IMG/VR virus record: IMGVR_UViG_3300014204_000116
Span: 95,891-159,890 of that record
Strand: one strand, 5' to 3'
Length of the DNA: 64,000 bases
Source: a virus
Taxonomy: Duplodnaviria > Caudoviricetes
Position 1 is the stretch's first letter; every line of letters begins with the position of its first letter. Below are positions 26,101-34,082 of this stretch, in pieces. The translations under genes and the position numbers were made by a program. Under the pieces are notes generated by a model. It was given only the letters and a program-made list of their open reading frames with translations. It was not told where the DNA came from and made no database searches.

Positions 26101-27423
26101 GAAGTGATTGTAACAAATTTGCTGGATGAAGTCTTAGACCCAGCCGAGTTTGTTCAGTCCTACGCTGTGGCCAAGTACCAGAAGGAGATCGAGACTTGGA
26201 ACAAAGCTGCCACCCCGTTGGATTTTATCCACACCCTTAAAGCCCTTAAGGCTCCTAAGGCAGCTTTTGTAGAAATTAGCCTAGCGTGTGCAGAAAAAGT
26301 TCTTCCAGAATTCGAAGAAAGCTTTCCTAAGGATCTCCGGCCCCGCAAGGCTGTAGAGGCTGTAAAAGCTTGGCTTAAGAACAGAACGGGGGCTAATACC
26401 CAAGTAGCTGCTAATGCTGCTCGGGCTGCCTATGCGGCTGCCCATGCTACTTGGGCTGTTAATAGCACTAAGGCTGCTCGGATTGCTCGGGCTGCTAATG
26501 CTGCTGCTCGGGCTGCTAGTGCTGCTGCCGCTGCTGGTGCTATTAGTTATGACATTTCTGGGGATACTGCTGCGGTTGCTACCTACGCTGTTGAAGCGGG
26601 CCTCCCTAGCCAGCGCGTAATGGATATCATTAAGGAAGTGGGCCATAAATACTTTTCGTTCTTAGGCCAGGGCACCGCGAGAGGGATGGCCGAAGCAATC
26701 GTAGCAAATATGTTGGGCGAATCGGAGGGAACCGATATTCCATCCCCGGAGGAAGAGCCGCTCATTGCCGACATTTCGCCGGAGGACATTGCGCTAAGGT
26801 CTGGTATTTTGGACCGGTATGTCCAGGTAGGTGGTGACTTTGGAGATCCGTGGGTTTATGGGGGCACTTGGTACAGCGCTTACGTGGCTAAGTCTAAAAG
26901 TCGGTGGGATTGTATCTACCACATAGACGGCATGGAAGGCGAAGGCTTGTCAGATTATGATGCCGGGAGTAAGGCCGTTAAAAAGGCGTTAGAAGAGCCC
27001 CAATATGCTGCTTTGATAGCAAAACGGGCAGAAGAGCTTTTGCCGGATAGACTCCGTTCTCAGGGCTACGGCAAATATCCCGATGCTGATCCTGCTGAAG
27101 AGGCGGACACGCTGAAATGGTGCCAGCGAGAAGTATTAGACGATGCGAAGAACGAGATTGCAGATAAACTAGCGGATGAGATGAACAAGAACCGCACACT
27201 TGCTGTTTATCGTGTATCTGACGATGATTTATTTGACAATAACCCGAAGCGAATTTCTGAAGTTGTGCAGTTCCTGGGCATAACGCTGGAGGAGTGGGAG
27301 GAGATGCCTACTGTAGATAAGATAGTTGCATACGCTGACAACTACGGTTGGTACAATCTGGATCATGACCCGGTAAGGATGACAAAAGACGATCTGATCG
27401 CTAGGATAAAGGTGGAGTTGTGA
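23119..27423 (+). CDS. 1434-aa modular polyprotein with four Imm5-like repeats (candidate internal virion protein)
   Basis: Four copies of (A/T)E(E/K)VLP..E....(D/N)L.PR(K/Q)A(I/V)EA.K.W(L/F)K.RT plus Ala-rich helices, separated by Glu-rich linkers; GTAGTTA at 23108. Confidence 0.8.
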   Translation: MTTLRTQHVPPDTGQASDTPGTAQGVARALLDSSPELTSAEIGDMAASAGIGKVVAQIADADPPEAADIRSPRNWFITKWDVMYGGQKIGYITRSRDNPLQFRPFTTINPASKSCNFSRLRDALAWVMVHRVKNWAASERLAQHATVEESHTSNESLILVHEAEEIQMSDIWKSANKPQLRKDDKGKDVLHIPHLAAITPDQWEKISGIMRGKGYDSRGAADASRAVQSMLRRAGESGEARVLKHEDWVDTIAKVIGLKASSQELKAGDRAATARKVFARAVKSWGLTNNPDVAGYILPNGSMLDLSGGSGRRAYDHRQVGSFLEPSEQGRGATDCMHEFMDLGAIRWMPEGPGMDIRVPPTKAQYAQIARIKDEAHGQLYLDVYSPNYGKAYRGYGPSHTSQRVVNDIVSFYKTGKLGHMPEVQQFHGMGESEESEFFKSFTSSKYAKEIEFWNIATTPMLLISTLRDLKVPAAAFVEISVALTEEVLPKFEEAYSENLQPRKAIEAAKAWLKDRTAANAEAAETADYAAAVAADHVASYSSSASYVASAASYTARAAHTAHNSQRASYDAYAINAIFYYTAKAGLSATRMVDIIKRVGHQYFAFLPLSKSSKVAEAGETLDPAEFVKSYHADKYGSKIRDWSLVSEPVALLRILESLNAPKSTYVEINIALAEEVLPVFEKKRPKDLRPRKAIEAAKAWFKDRTSANAQIVLDVSQGAWKATNACTSSPEHAAFAIYYATVSVTAETVSPSGAWTAIDAAHYTVADVINAGIPKQRVADIIREVGRSYFGFLPQEGHEKAEEPAVGEALDPSEFVKSYTTAKYQKAIHDWGTATTPGDLNLVLKSLKAPKAAFVEVAIAFAEEVLPMVEKVLPNDLRPRQAIEAAKVWLKDRTEANAQAANEASDEALAASADAATESYTAWNAVQTAARAANMAWVASTDDDAGMVYKYASYINYYTTRAGLSNQRAMDIFREIGGRYFSFLAQSPSEGMAEVIVTNLLDEVLDPAEFVQSYAVAKYQKEIETWNKAATPLDFIHTLKALKAPKAAFVEISLACAEKVLPEFEESFPKDLRPRKAVEAVKAWLKNRTGANTQVAANAARAAYAAAHATWAVNSTKAARIARAANAAARAASAAAAAGAISYDISGDTAAVATYAVEAGLPSQRVMDIIKEVGHKYFSFLGQGTARGMAEAIVANMLGESEGTDIPSPEEEPLIADISPEDIALRSGILDRYVQVGGDFGDPWVYGGTWYSAYVAKSKSRWDCIYHIDGMEGEGLSDYDAGSKAVKKALEEPQYAALIAKRAEELLPDRLRSQGYGKYPDADPAEEADTLKWCQREVLDDAKNEIADKLADEMNKNRTLAVYRVSDDDLFDNNPKRISEVVQFLGITLEEWEEMPTVDKIVAYADNYGWYNLDHDPVRMTKDDLIARIKVEL
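24424..26667 (+). repeat. four tandem repeats of about 570 nt encoding Imm5-like domains
   Basis: Units start near 24424, 24982, 25549 and 26134; shared DNA such as GAAGAAGTTCTTCC and GCGATAGARGC. Confidence 0.85.
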
Positions 27424-27710
27424 ACAATTTGATGACTGAAAAAATTATGATACACGCGGGACAAGTGGTGAATACACTCCTGGAGCAGGGTGGTGATGCA
27501 GAGGTTGAGTATGATACTGTCGATGTGGACTCCATGCCACATACGGCCTGGATGGTTCGGGCCATAGGCTCATCGCCTACGCAATACGTAGCCAGGGACG
27601 TGGCTCATACGCCCGAACTGGCACGCCAGAGGGCGCACGAGAAGGCCCGGTCGTTAGGCATGACAATTACGCGCGAGATAGATCGCTCTAAAAGTTCACC
27701 ACGCAGTTGA
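27420..27710 (+). CDS. small protein with AGQVVNTLLEQ tag
   Basis: overlaps polyprotein stop; tag motif. Confidence 0.6.
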   Translation: MNNLMTEKIMIHAGQVVNTLLEQGGDAEVEYDTVDVDSMPHTAWMVRAIGSSPTQYVARDVAHTPELARQRAHEKARSLGMTITREIDRSKSSPRS

Positions 27711-27734
27711 CATCACAATCGGAGGGATTATGCT
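27707..27734 (+). promoter_or_regulatory. sigma70-type promoter (TTGACA-N16-TATGCT)
   Basis: ATG 27744 follows after 9 nt. Confidence 0.55.
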
Positions 27735-27743
27735 TTTAGGCAT

Positions 27744-28265
27744 ATGAGTTTAGAGAAGTTTATGGACGGTATGCGAGCAGCCGCAACGGTTGCTCTGTGG
27801 AGGAAGGAAGGCTATCGGGTTGCTGCAACAAACGGGTGTTTTGACATACTGCACGCCGGGCACGTAGGATCTCTGGAGTGTGCCAAGAGGCAGGGAGATA
27901 GGCTTATTGTTGGCATCAATACCGATGAATCTGTTCAAAAGCTTAAAGGGCCAACACGCCCAATTAACGCGCTATACGAACGCGTTGTTGTGCTATGCAG
28001 CCTGGAGTGTGTCGATCTAGTAGTGCCAGTGCCGGAGACTGACATGTGCCAATTTCTTGAGATTACACGGCCCGATACCTGGATTAAGTTTGGGTATACC
28101 CTCCAAACTTTAAACCAGGCGGAAGTGGCCATGGCCAATAAGCTTCATATCAAGATTGAAACCGTCCCGATTACGGACGATGTCTCTACAACCAGGATAA
28201 TTGATAACATCCTGGCAGCGCGTAGCGGGGCAAAGCCTCTCCCGCCTCCGAAGTTCTACTCATAG
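27744..28265 (+). CDS. sugar-phosphate nucleotidyltransferase, RfaE domain II/HldC-like (heptose-1-P adenylyltransferase family)
   Basis: ATNGCFDILHAGH, LIVGINTDESVQKLKGPTRPIN, VSTTRII. Confidence 0.88.
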   Translation: MSLEKFMDGMRAAATVALWRKEGYRVAATNGCFDILHAGHVGSLECAKRQGDRLIVGINTDESVQKLKGPTRPINALYERVVVLCSLECVDLVVPVPETDMCQFLEITRPDTWIKFGYTLQTLNQAEVAMANKLHIKIETVPITDDVSTTRIIDNILAARSGAKPLPPPKFYS

Positions 28266-30262
28266 ATGACCGTTAGATCAATGGTCGCGCTGGTGTTAAG
28301 AGTTAGCCCATTGAAAAACGGTGTGTTGAAATCCAGGCATGTTGGTAATGCCGCCGCCGCACCTGTGTAGGATAGTGCTGCAATTACTGGCCCATTCGCG
28401 GTGGTATTATCGTAGACTGTTACAGTTGAATTTGTGGGTGATCCACAGATTATTTTGTGCAGTTTACCTGGGCCGATCTTACAGAGAGTGTTTGTTCCTG
28501 TGTTGATGTGCTTGTAAATGGACTCCGATGCCTCTGGCCCAAATCGATTAATTCCCGCTACTCTGACATCCAATTTATTGTTTTGAGAATTGCCACCGAT
28601 GTTGCACACTTCCATGCTAACTGGAAGATCGAGGGTGCTCGTTAGTGGAAAATATACAGCGTCAAATTGGTGTATTATCCGATCATCTATGATGAACCAG
28701 GTGCGGTAATGCGTCCAAAAGATTTCAAAAACGTGAATAGCGCTATCGAGGATATATGTGAGGCCTTGGACGCCGTTAAAATTTCCGCTATTCACCCTGG
28801 CAGCGTCTGAGCCATTTTTACGGCAGACTAGGGTTAAAAGATTTCCATTGAATTCGAAGAAAAATCCGTTATAAGCGTTATAGGCTCCCCGTCGTTTTGT
28901 GCAGGTTCCGTTTGTAGTGGGTACGCACAGCGCAGCTTGATAGGCGTTGGTTGATCCGCTGATGTAGCGAGCATTACGGATACTTGTAACAGCTATCGTT
29001 CCATTGGACGTGTAGTCTGTGGACATCTCTAATTGGCCGTCAAAGCACGAGGCTGTTCCGTTGCCAAGCACGGAAGCAGTCCAGAAATTTGTGTCTAGGG
29101 AGGTTTTTGCGAGGTCTTCGCCTACTAGGCGAGTTGTAAGGGCAGTAAGCGCATTTCCGAGGGGAGAAGTTCTGGCTGAAACGCCGAACGTGGCATTTCC
29201 TTCCGTAACGTAAACTTTAAGCGCGTGTGTCCTATTTTCTAGAGCACGTGGCACGGCTTCCACGACGGGGCATAGCAGGCTGCTTAGCCTAAAATAGGAC
29301 GTAGATCCGCTACTGAGTATGGCATCATTTATAACGCGTACTCGAAAGTAAGAGGAGGTCGCTTGTGTGGTTGTGCTATCACCGCCTCCAGCGCTGTAGT
29401 AGTTGAATGAATCCTGGATGTCCCAATTTACTCCGTCAGGACTCTGATCAATATAGATGGTGCAGTTTTGATCGGTGTTAAGGTTAGTCTGTATTCCAGC
29501 AAATCCCGTAGTTTCTTCGGCTGATCCGACGAATGACCCGTGATAAGCCAGGTTAGCCGTGCTGCTGTTGTTGAAACTTTCGAGCACTAACTGGCTGGAA
29601 GAAACGGCCAATCTGTACTTGGAATCTATCCCGAGCCGAGTATGCACGGGTTGTCCTTGTGGTGTGCAGATTACCATGTTTGCCAAAGACCCGCCAGACG
29701 GGATGTTGGGCGCGCCAACGATCTGAGTGGCCAAAGGCTGTCCACCAATACCCGAGACGGCTACAGTTCCGTGGACGTCAGTTCCTTGGGCATTAAGGAT
29801 AGCCGAAAGGATGGAGTTGGTTTCTCCAGCCGTAACAATCTGATTGCCTATGGAAGTGAGCTGTCGAGTTCCAGATTCCTGGATAGCCTGGGCATGATCT
29901 GCCATGTCCAGTAGCAGGTAGTTTGCAGCGACCGTGTTGGCATCTACGGAAGCGAGCGTGGTTTGAGACAGCACGTTTCCACTGGCGTCGATGCACTGTG
30001 CCATGACTGCGGTAGTGCTCGCATTTTTAGTAGCGCTGGCGGCTAGAACTCTAGCTTTATCTCCCGTTACTCCGTCAGACAAGTTTACGCTACCAATGGT
30101 TATATCCCCAGGATTCAAGTTGACCGCCACGGAACCGCCGTACATTACCACTGGAATCGGGCGGTCAGCAACGGAATAGACCGCTATAGTGCCACCACTC
30201 AGGATAGAAGCTTCAGAGACTACCCCTGGATCTCTGATAAAAGAAATTGGTACGTTCCCCAT
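28256..30262 (-). CDS. virion structural/fibre-like protein with beta-sandwich (lectin-like) C-terminal region
   Basis: 668 aa rich in T/S/N/G; GTAGTTA 13 nt upstream. Confidence 0.65.
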   Translation of the reverse strand: MGNVPISFIRDPGVVSEASILSGGTIAVYSVADRPIPVVMYGGSVAVNLNPGDITIGSVNLSDGVTGDKARVLAASATKNASTTAVMAQCIDASGNVLSQTTLASVDANTVAANYLLLDMADHAQAIQESGTRQLTSIGNQIVTAGETNSILSAILNAQGTDVHGTVAVSGIGGQPLATQIVGAPNIPSGGSLANMVICTPQGQPVHTRLGIDSKYRLAVSSSQLVLESFNNSSTANLAYHGSFVGSAEETTGFAGIQTNLNTDQNCTIYIDQSPDGVNWDIQDSFNYYSAGGGDSTTTQATSSYFRVRVINDAILSSGSTSYFRLSSLLCPVVEAVPRALENRTHALKVYVTEGNATFGVSARTSPLGNALTALTTRLVGEDLAKTSLDTNFWTASVLGNGTASCFDGQLEMSTDYTSNGTIAVTSIRNARYISGSTNAYQAALCVPTTNGTCTKRRGAYNAYNGFFFEFNGNLLTLVCRKNGSDAARVNSGNFNGVQGLTYILDSAIHVFEIFWTHYRTWFIIDDRIIHQFDAVYFPLTSTLDLPVSMEVCNIGGNSQNNKLDVRVAGINRFGPEASESIYKHINTGTNTLCKIGPGKLHKIICGSPTNSTVTVYDNTTANGPVIAALSYTGAAAALPTCLDFNTPFFNGLTLNTSATIDLTVIYE

Positions 30263-30280
30263 ACGGCCTAACTACAGTAC

Positions 30281-30313
30281 AAAAAAGCGGCACCCCATCG
30301 GAAGGATGCCGCT
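30281..30313 (-). terminator. intrinsic terminator
   Basis: minus strand AGCGGCATCC-loop-GGGTGCCGC followed by TTTTTT. Confidence 0.75.
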
Positions 30314-30335
30314 GTCCTCTGGTAGCGAGTAGGAC

Positions 30336-30626
30336 TTACTTCTTGCCGTATTTGACGGGACTAGAAGCTGAGGGCGCTGAGGCTACCTGGCCTTTGGTGG
30401 TTTTACCACCGGCCAGCTTACCACGTTGTTCCTTGCCTTTTTTCATGGCCGACTTAGGCGTGGCACCCGGAGAGGGTTTTCCGACGCATTCCAAGGCAGA
30501 GCCAAATTCTTGTTCTGCAAGTGAATCAATCAGATCCATTGCATGAATTGGGCGAGATTCCAGGGCAGAAGTTTTCGACTCGGCCCGCTGGACCGGTTCG
30601 CCGATGAGCTGTTTTGCGAGTGACAT
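30336..30626 (-). CDS. small basic protein with tag-like motifs (LAKQLIGE, LIDSLAEQE)
   Basis: GTAATTA 17 nt upstream; terminator downstream. Confidence 0.6.
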   Translation of the reverse strand: MSLAKQLIGEPVQRAESKTSALESRPIHAMDLIDSLAEQEFGSALECVGKPSPGATPKSAMKKGKEQRGKLAGGKTTKGQVASAPSASSPVKYGKK

Positions 30627-30639
30627 ATATGTGTTATAA

Positions 30640-31110
30640 TTACACCTGTGCAAGGCAGGATTTAGTTTCTACCGATGTGGCGGTCCTGCCGTGCTCGCGC
30701 AATCGGAGATTTAGCTGATTAAACACACGTCGGACGTGTGTCTGATTAAAAGAACCATTTTTGACAAGAAATGTGTAAACGCCAGATTTCATGAGATCCG
30801 TAACTTGTTTACTCTGTGGGTTTCTTGTTAGAATAACAACGGAGGCGTTCGGGCAGCAGATAGAGATTTGTTTTGCGATGTCCAAGCTCGTGTTATTCCC
30901 TGTGATATTGTCCGCCAGGAATATGAGATCTGCCTTAGCCAAATTTTGTCTACACCTACAGCCTACGCTAGGCTCATAGGTTTGTTCAACGTCGCAGTTG
31001 TAGACACTGAGCGCTTCCCGTATCTGGCTAATCACGTGGGGCTCGATCTCTATGACCGCAACTTTTACAGGACATGCAAGAGCTTCACAAAACCGTGTTA
31101 ACGAATCCAT
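30640..31110 (-). CDS. atypical response-regulator receiver (REC)-like protein
   Basis: VAVIEIE..DLIFLAD..SLDIAKQI..VVILT..LMKSGVYTFLVK matches the REC alpha/beta pattern. Confidence 0.65.
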   Translation of the reverse strand: MDSLTRFCEALACPVKVAVIEIEPHVISQIREALSVYNCDVEQTYEPSVGCRCRQNLAKADLIFLADNITGNNTSLDIAKQISICCPNASVVILTRNPQSKQVTDLMKSGVYTFLVKNGSFNQTHVRRVFNQLNLRLREHGRTATSVETKSCLAQV

Positions 31111-31112
31111 TA

Positions 31113-31457
31113 CTAAGGCCCTCCCTTAAAGAAATGCTCGACCAGGGTTTTTGCGCCTGCACTTAAGAGGGCGGTAACGACCATTACACCAACAGCGCCC
31201 AAGAGCGCCCATTTGCCGGATAAAACAGCCTTCCAACTCTCGATTTTTTGGAGGCGGACGTCGATGTCAATTTGTTGTTCGTTAGACTCTATAACTTTGT
31301 CTACAACCCAGTCTGTTTTAAAGTCTAATTTGGACAAAGTCTCTACCAGCCAGCGCTCTTTGTCATCGAGCCTGGCGACGAGATGCGCCGGAATCTTTGA
31401 AATAAACTCCGGTTTTTCTAGCCGATGATATCGTGACTTTGTCTCATCGTTTTCCAT
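31113..31457 (-). CDS. coiled-coil protein with C-terminal TM helix (holin/hemolysin XhlA-like architecture)
   Basis: IDVRLQKIESW then WALLGAVGVMVVTALLSAG; GTAGTTA 14 nt upstream. Confidence 0.55.
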   Translation of the reverse strand: MENDETKSRYHRLEKPEFISKIPAHLVARLDDKERWLVETLSKLDFKTDWVVDKVIESNEQQIDIDVRLQKIESWKAVLSGKWALLGAVGVMVVTALLSAGAKTLVEHFFKGGP

Positions 31458-31491
31458 ACTCCATTAACTACGCAGTTTGGTTCTTAGTAAT

Positions 31492-31890
31492 ATGAAGTTG
31501 ATACCGTGGCCAAATTTACGTGCGTGGCTTAGCCTGGATTACTGGGCGTATCGTCGGTTGCGCAGAAGCGCTAGAAAGGCGGGAAAGTCTTATGCAGTCA
31601 CCGGGCTTACCCAGGATGATGCGGCTAAGCTGTCGAGCGCCGTTTCTGACATTGCCCCCGTAGATGAGGACAAGATTTTGGATAGTGTCACTCCGGTGAT
31701 CTTTCAGCGCCCATCTTTTCCACCTGGTGCTATTGAAGCTGCGCGTAAAGTCGTGGTCACGCATTTCGAGGGGCTGGAGAAAGACTTGCAGGCTAGAGTG
31801 CAGGCCCGGATAGACGCCAGGCCGGAACCTGTGGAAGAATCGGCAAAGCGCATCATCGAACGCGCCAGGGCGATGAGGCCGACGAAATAA
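31492..31890 (+). CDS. hypothetical protein
   Basis: GTTCTTA 12 nt upstream. Confidence 0.6.
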   Translation: MKLIPWPNLRAWLSLDYWAYRRLRRSARKAGKSYAVTGLTQDDAAKLSSAVSDIAPVDEDKILDSVTPVIFQRPSFPPGAIEAARKVVVTHFEGLEKDLQARVQARIDARPEPVEESAKRIIERARAMRPTK

Positions 31891-31903
31891 TTTATCTTTT
31901 TGC

Positions 31904-31932
31904 TTGCATCCAATTACGAATTCTGACATAAT
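31904..31932 (+). promoter_or_regulatory. sigma70-type promoter (TTGCAT-N17-CATAAT, TGn extension)
   Basis: ATG 31939 follows after 6 nt. Confidence 0.65.
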
Positions 31933-31938
31933 CCAATT

Positions 31939-32355
31939 ATGATTGAAGTAGGAATTCGTCGAATTGTGTCGCTCTGGACACGGAGAGGAAAGAAGCTTGT
32001 GCGAGTTCTGGGGTTGGATGGCCAGCCCGTCACAGTCGTGAAAAATGCGGTGGTAACCCGTATTACTCGAAATGAGCTCGATGGATCGTTTTGCCGCGAC
32101 CGGGGCAGAAAGCTGGTCGTTACATTGGAAGCCGTTGATCGCATATGCCTCCGACCAGCGGGAACCCGGCAGAAACTGGATGCTCCGCTGGATGAGGTAT
32201 ACAGGTGGATGGTTCAACGTCGCGCCATTCGCCTGCAACTCGAACGCGCGCGCGAGCGCAAAATTGTGAAGCAGCGACAGCGCGAAGCCCACGCTTTGGA
32301 TCGAGCCGAGCGTAAGCTCCGTGCAAAAGCCAAACAGGAGGTAATATGCCGGTGA
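31939..32355 (+). CDS. basic hypothetical protein
   Basis: RKLVVTL..ICLRPAGTR..LDEVY. Confidence 0.65.
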   Translation: MIEVGIRRIVSLWTRRGKKLVRVLGLDGQPVTVVKNAVVTRITRNELDGSFCRDRGRKLVVTLEAVDRICLRPAGTRQKLDAPLDEVYRWMVQRRAIRLQLERARERKIVKQRQREAHALDRAERKLRAKAKQEVICR

Positions 32356-32744
32356 TTAAACATAAAATTGAAACGGTAGTCCAAGCCATAAAGTGCCCGA
32401 AGTGCGGCGATACGATATTCAGCCGTGCCCGCCACGACTTTCATTGGTGTTCCTGCAAAACTGTTGCTATAGATGGCGGGTTTGACTATGTCAAAGTCTG
32501 CTTTGCCACAGACATGGAGCCCCCAATGGAGTTTCCACTGACCGTAAACGCTACCAAGTCCGCGCTTTACAAGGACTGGAGCTGTTGTCTTAACCAGTAC
32601 GGTTGTATCAAAGATCCCACCTATGCCCGACAAGACAAGCCCAATCGTATTCTCAATCCTGGTGCCCGCCGTGCCGTCAAGGCTCGCTCGCCTCGAAAAG
32701 TTGACGGCAAAGCTAAGCGCCCAGGCCGAAGAAAAACCCGTTGA
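32346..32744 (+). CDS. zinc-binding phage protein
   Basis: IKCPKCGDTIFSRARHDFHWCSCKTVAIDGG. Confidence 0.75.
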   Translation: MPVIKHKIETVVQAIKCPKCGDTIFSRARHDFHWCSCKTVAIDGGFDYVKVCFATDMEPPMEFPLTVNATKSALYKDWSCCLNQYGCIKDPTYARQDKPNRILNPGARRAVKARSPRKVDGKAKRPGRRKTR

Positions 32745-33249
32745 AGTCCTCGCGTTGCTCGATAACAAAAAGCGCACAGTCGGCCTGAAGCGGGATGCGC
32801 TGGTCCAAGCGGCCATTGGCAAATACCTCGCTTTTGTAGACGATGATGACGATGTGGCCGACGACTACGTTGACTCCATTCTCGCGGCGGCAGTCCAAAC
32901 GACGGCGGACGTCATCGTGTTTCGACAACGGTGCACCTTTGTCAACGCGAAGTGCATCTCCTGCCTGGAGATCGACGGCCCGCCATTCTTAGTCGATCAC
33001 GACATTGGTAATGAAATGGAGGCAGTTCACCAGTATCCAGACGGGCATTGGCGGGATATCAAGCGCAAGCCCTGGCATCATAACGCCTGGCGCGCTGACC
33101 TGGCAAAGTCAGTCCGATTTCCTGATACGTCGTTTGGGGAGGATGGTGCCTGGTGCTCGCAGCTTTGGCCCCTCGTGAAATCGCAGTTCAAGATTGACAA
33201 GGCGCTCCATTACTACCAGTTTAATGGTAAGACGACCGAGGCATCATGA
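32623..33249 (+). CDS. glycosyltransferase family 2
   Basis: FSILVPAVPSR..TVGLKRDALV..GKYLAFVDDDD..FPDTSFGED..W. Confidence 0.85.
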   Translation: MPDKTSPIVFSILVPAVPSRLARLEKLTAKLSAQAEEKPVEVLALLDNKKRTVGLKRDALVQAAIGKYLAFVDDDDDVADDYVDSILAAAVQTTADVIVFRQRCTFVNAKCISCLEIDGPPFLVDHDIGNEMEAVHQYPDGHWRDIKRKPWHHNAWRADLAKSVRFPDTSFGEDGAWCSQLWPLVKSQFKIDKALHYYQFNGKTTEAS

Positions 33250-33482
33250 AATTCAAGACAGGACAGTGGGTTGTTTGCTTGCACGTGGATCTTAGCCCGG
33301 CCACATGGGGAAAGGTTGCAGATAGTGGTGTCGCGTCTTCTTACGTGGAATACGGCGAAGATGCCCCGACATGGGAAAGCCCCTACTGGGAAAATGACCA
33401 TTTAAAGCCTGTCGAGTCCGAGGAAGCTGCCCGAAAAATTGTGGAGGACCACGAAGCATCCATCGACTACGATCCCAGATGA
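33246..33482 (+). CDS. hypothetical protein
   Basis: ATGA overlaps. Confidence 0.55.
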   Translation: MKFKTGQWVVCLHVDLSPATWGKVADSGVASSYVEYGEDAPTWESPYWENDHLKPVESEEAARKIVEDHEASIDYDPR

Positions 33483-33820
33483 GTGATTTTGATGAAGCAT
33501 TTTCCGACGTAGTAAGAGCCGAGGCTAAGCGCAGGCCAGTGTGGGTAATTGGCCTAAGGAACTTTCCTGGTGAATTCTACCCGGTCCTAGCCTGGGCACC
33601 TTGTCTTGGGTTCATACATGGCCCACCGGTCAATGGAAAACAACCCGTATTTGTGCCATCAGCAAGCGAGGGGCATCAAGTTTGGAATAGACCCCTTGAT
33701 GAAGTCTACGAAACCGAAGAAGCGGCTGAAAAAGGATCAGAGGAGAAGGGTAAAAAACAAGCCGAAGAATTCAAGTCCATGCTTAACAGTTTCCGCCCTT
33801 TGCCTAAAATAGATCCCTAA
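33479..33820 (+). CDS. hypothetical protein
   Basis: ATGA/TAATG overlaps. Confidence 0.55.
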   Translation: MSDFDEAFSDVVRAEAKRRPVWVIGLRNFPGEFYPVLAWAPCLGFIHGPPVNGKQPVFVPSASEGHQVWNRPLDEVYETEEAAEKGSEEKGKKQAEEFKSMLNSFRPLPKIDP

Positions 33821-34059
33821 TGAATGCAATAGAAGCGCCAATACCCCTCGAAGAAGAATTTCCTGCGCTGGCTGAAGGCTTGAGCCAAGTGGCGAACGGG
33901 ACACACCCGACAGTGCAGACCGTTCTTGCCGAGAAGAGGGCTGTGCGCATCCGAAACAAGATCGGCCAATGGCACATGAAGATGCTGAAACAACCTGGCC
34001 GCAATGAACCGTGCCATTGCGGAAGTGGCAAAAAGTTTAAGAAATGCTGCGGTCAGTGA
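33820..34059 (+). CDS. SEC-C motif protein
   Basis: [19 protein letters not shown]. Confidence 0.85.
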   Translation: MNAIEAPIPLEEEFPALAEGLSQVANGTHPTVQTVLAEKRAVRIRNKIGQWHMKMLKQPGRNEPCHCGSGKKFKKCCGQ

Positions 34060-34082
34060 TGGTCGCACTCACCCTAATCGGA

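Noticed and set aside
24424-26667. Diversity-generating retroelement explanation for the variable repeats
   Set aside because: No reverse transcriptase in the window, no non-coding template repeat, and differences between copies are not confined to adenines.
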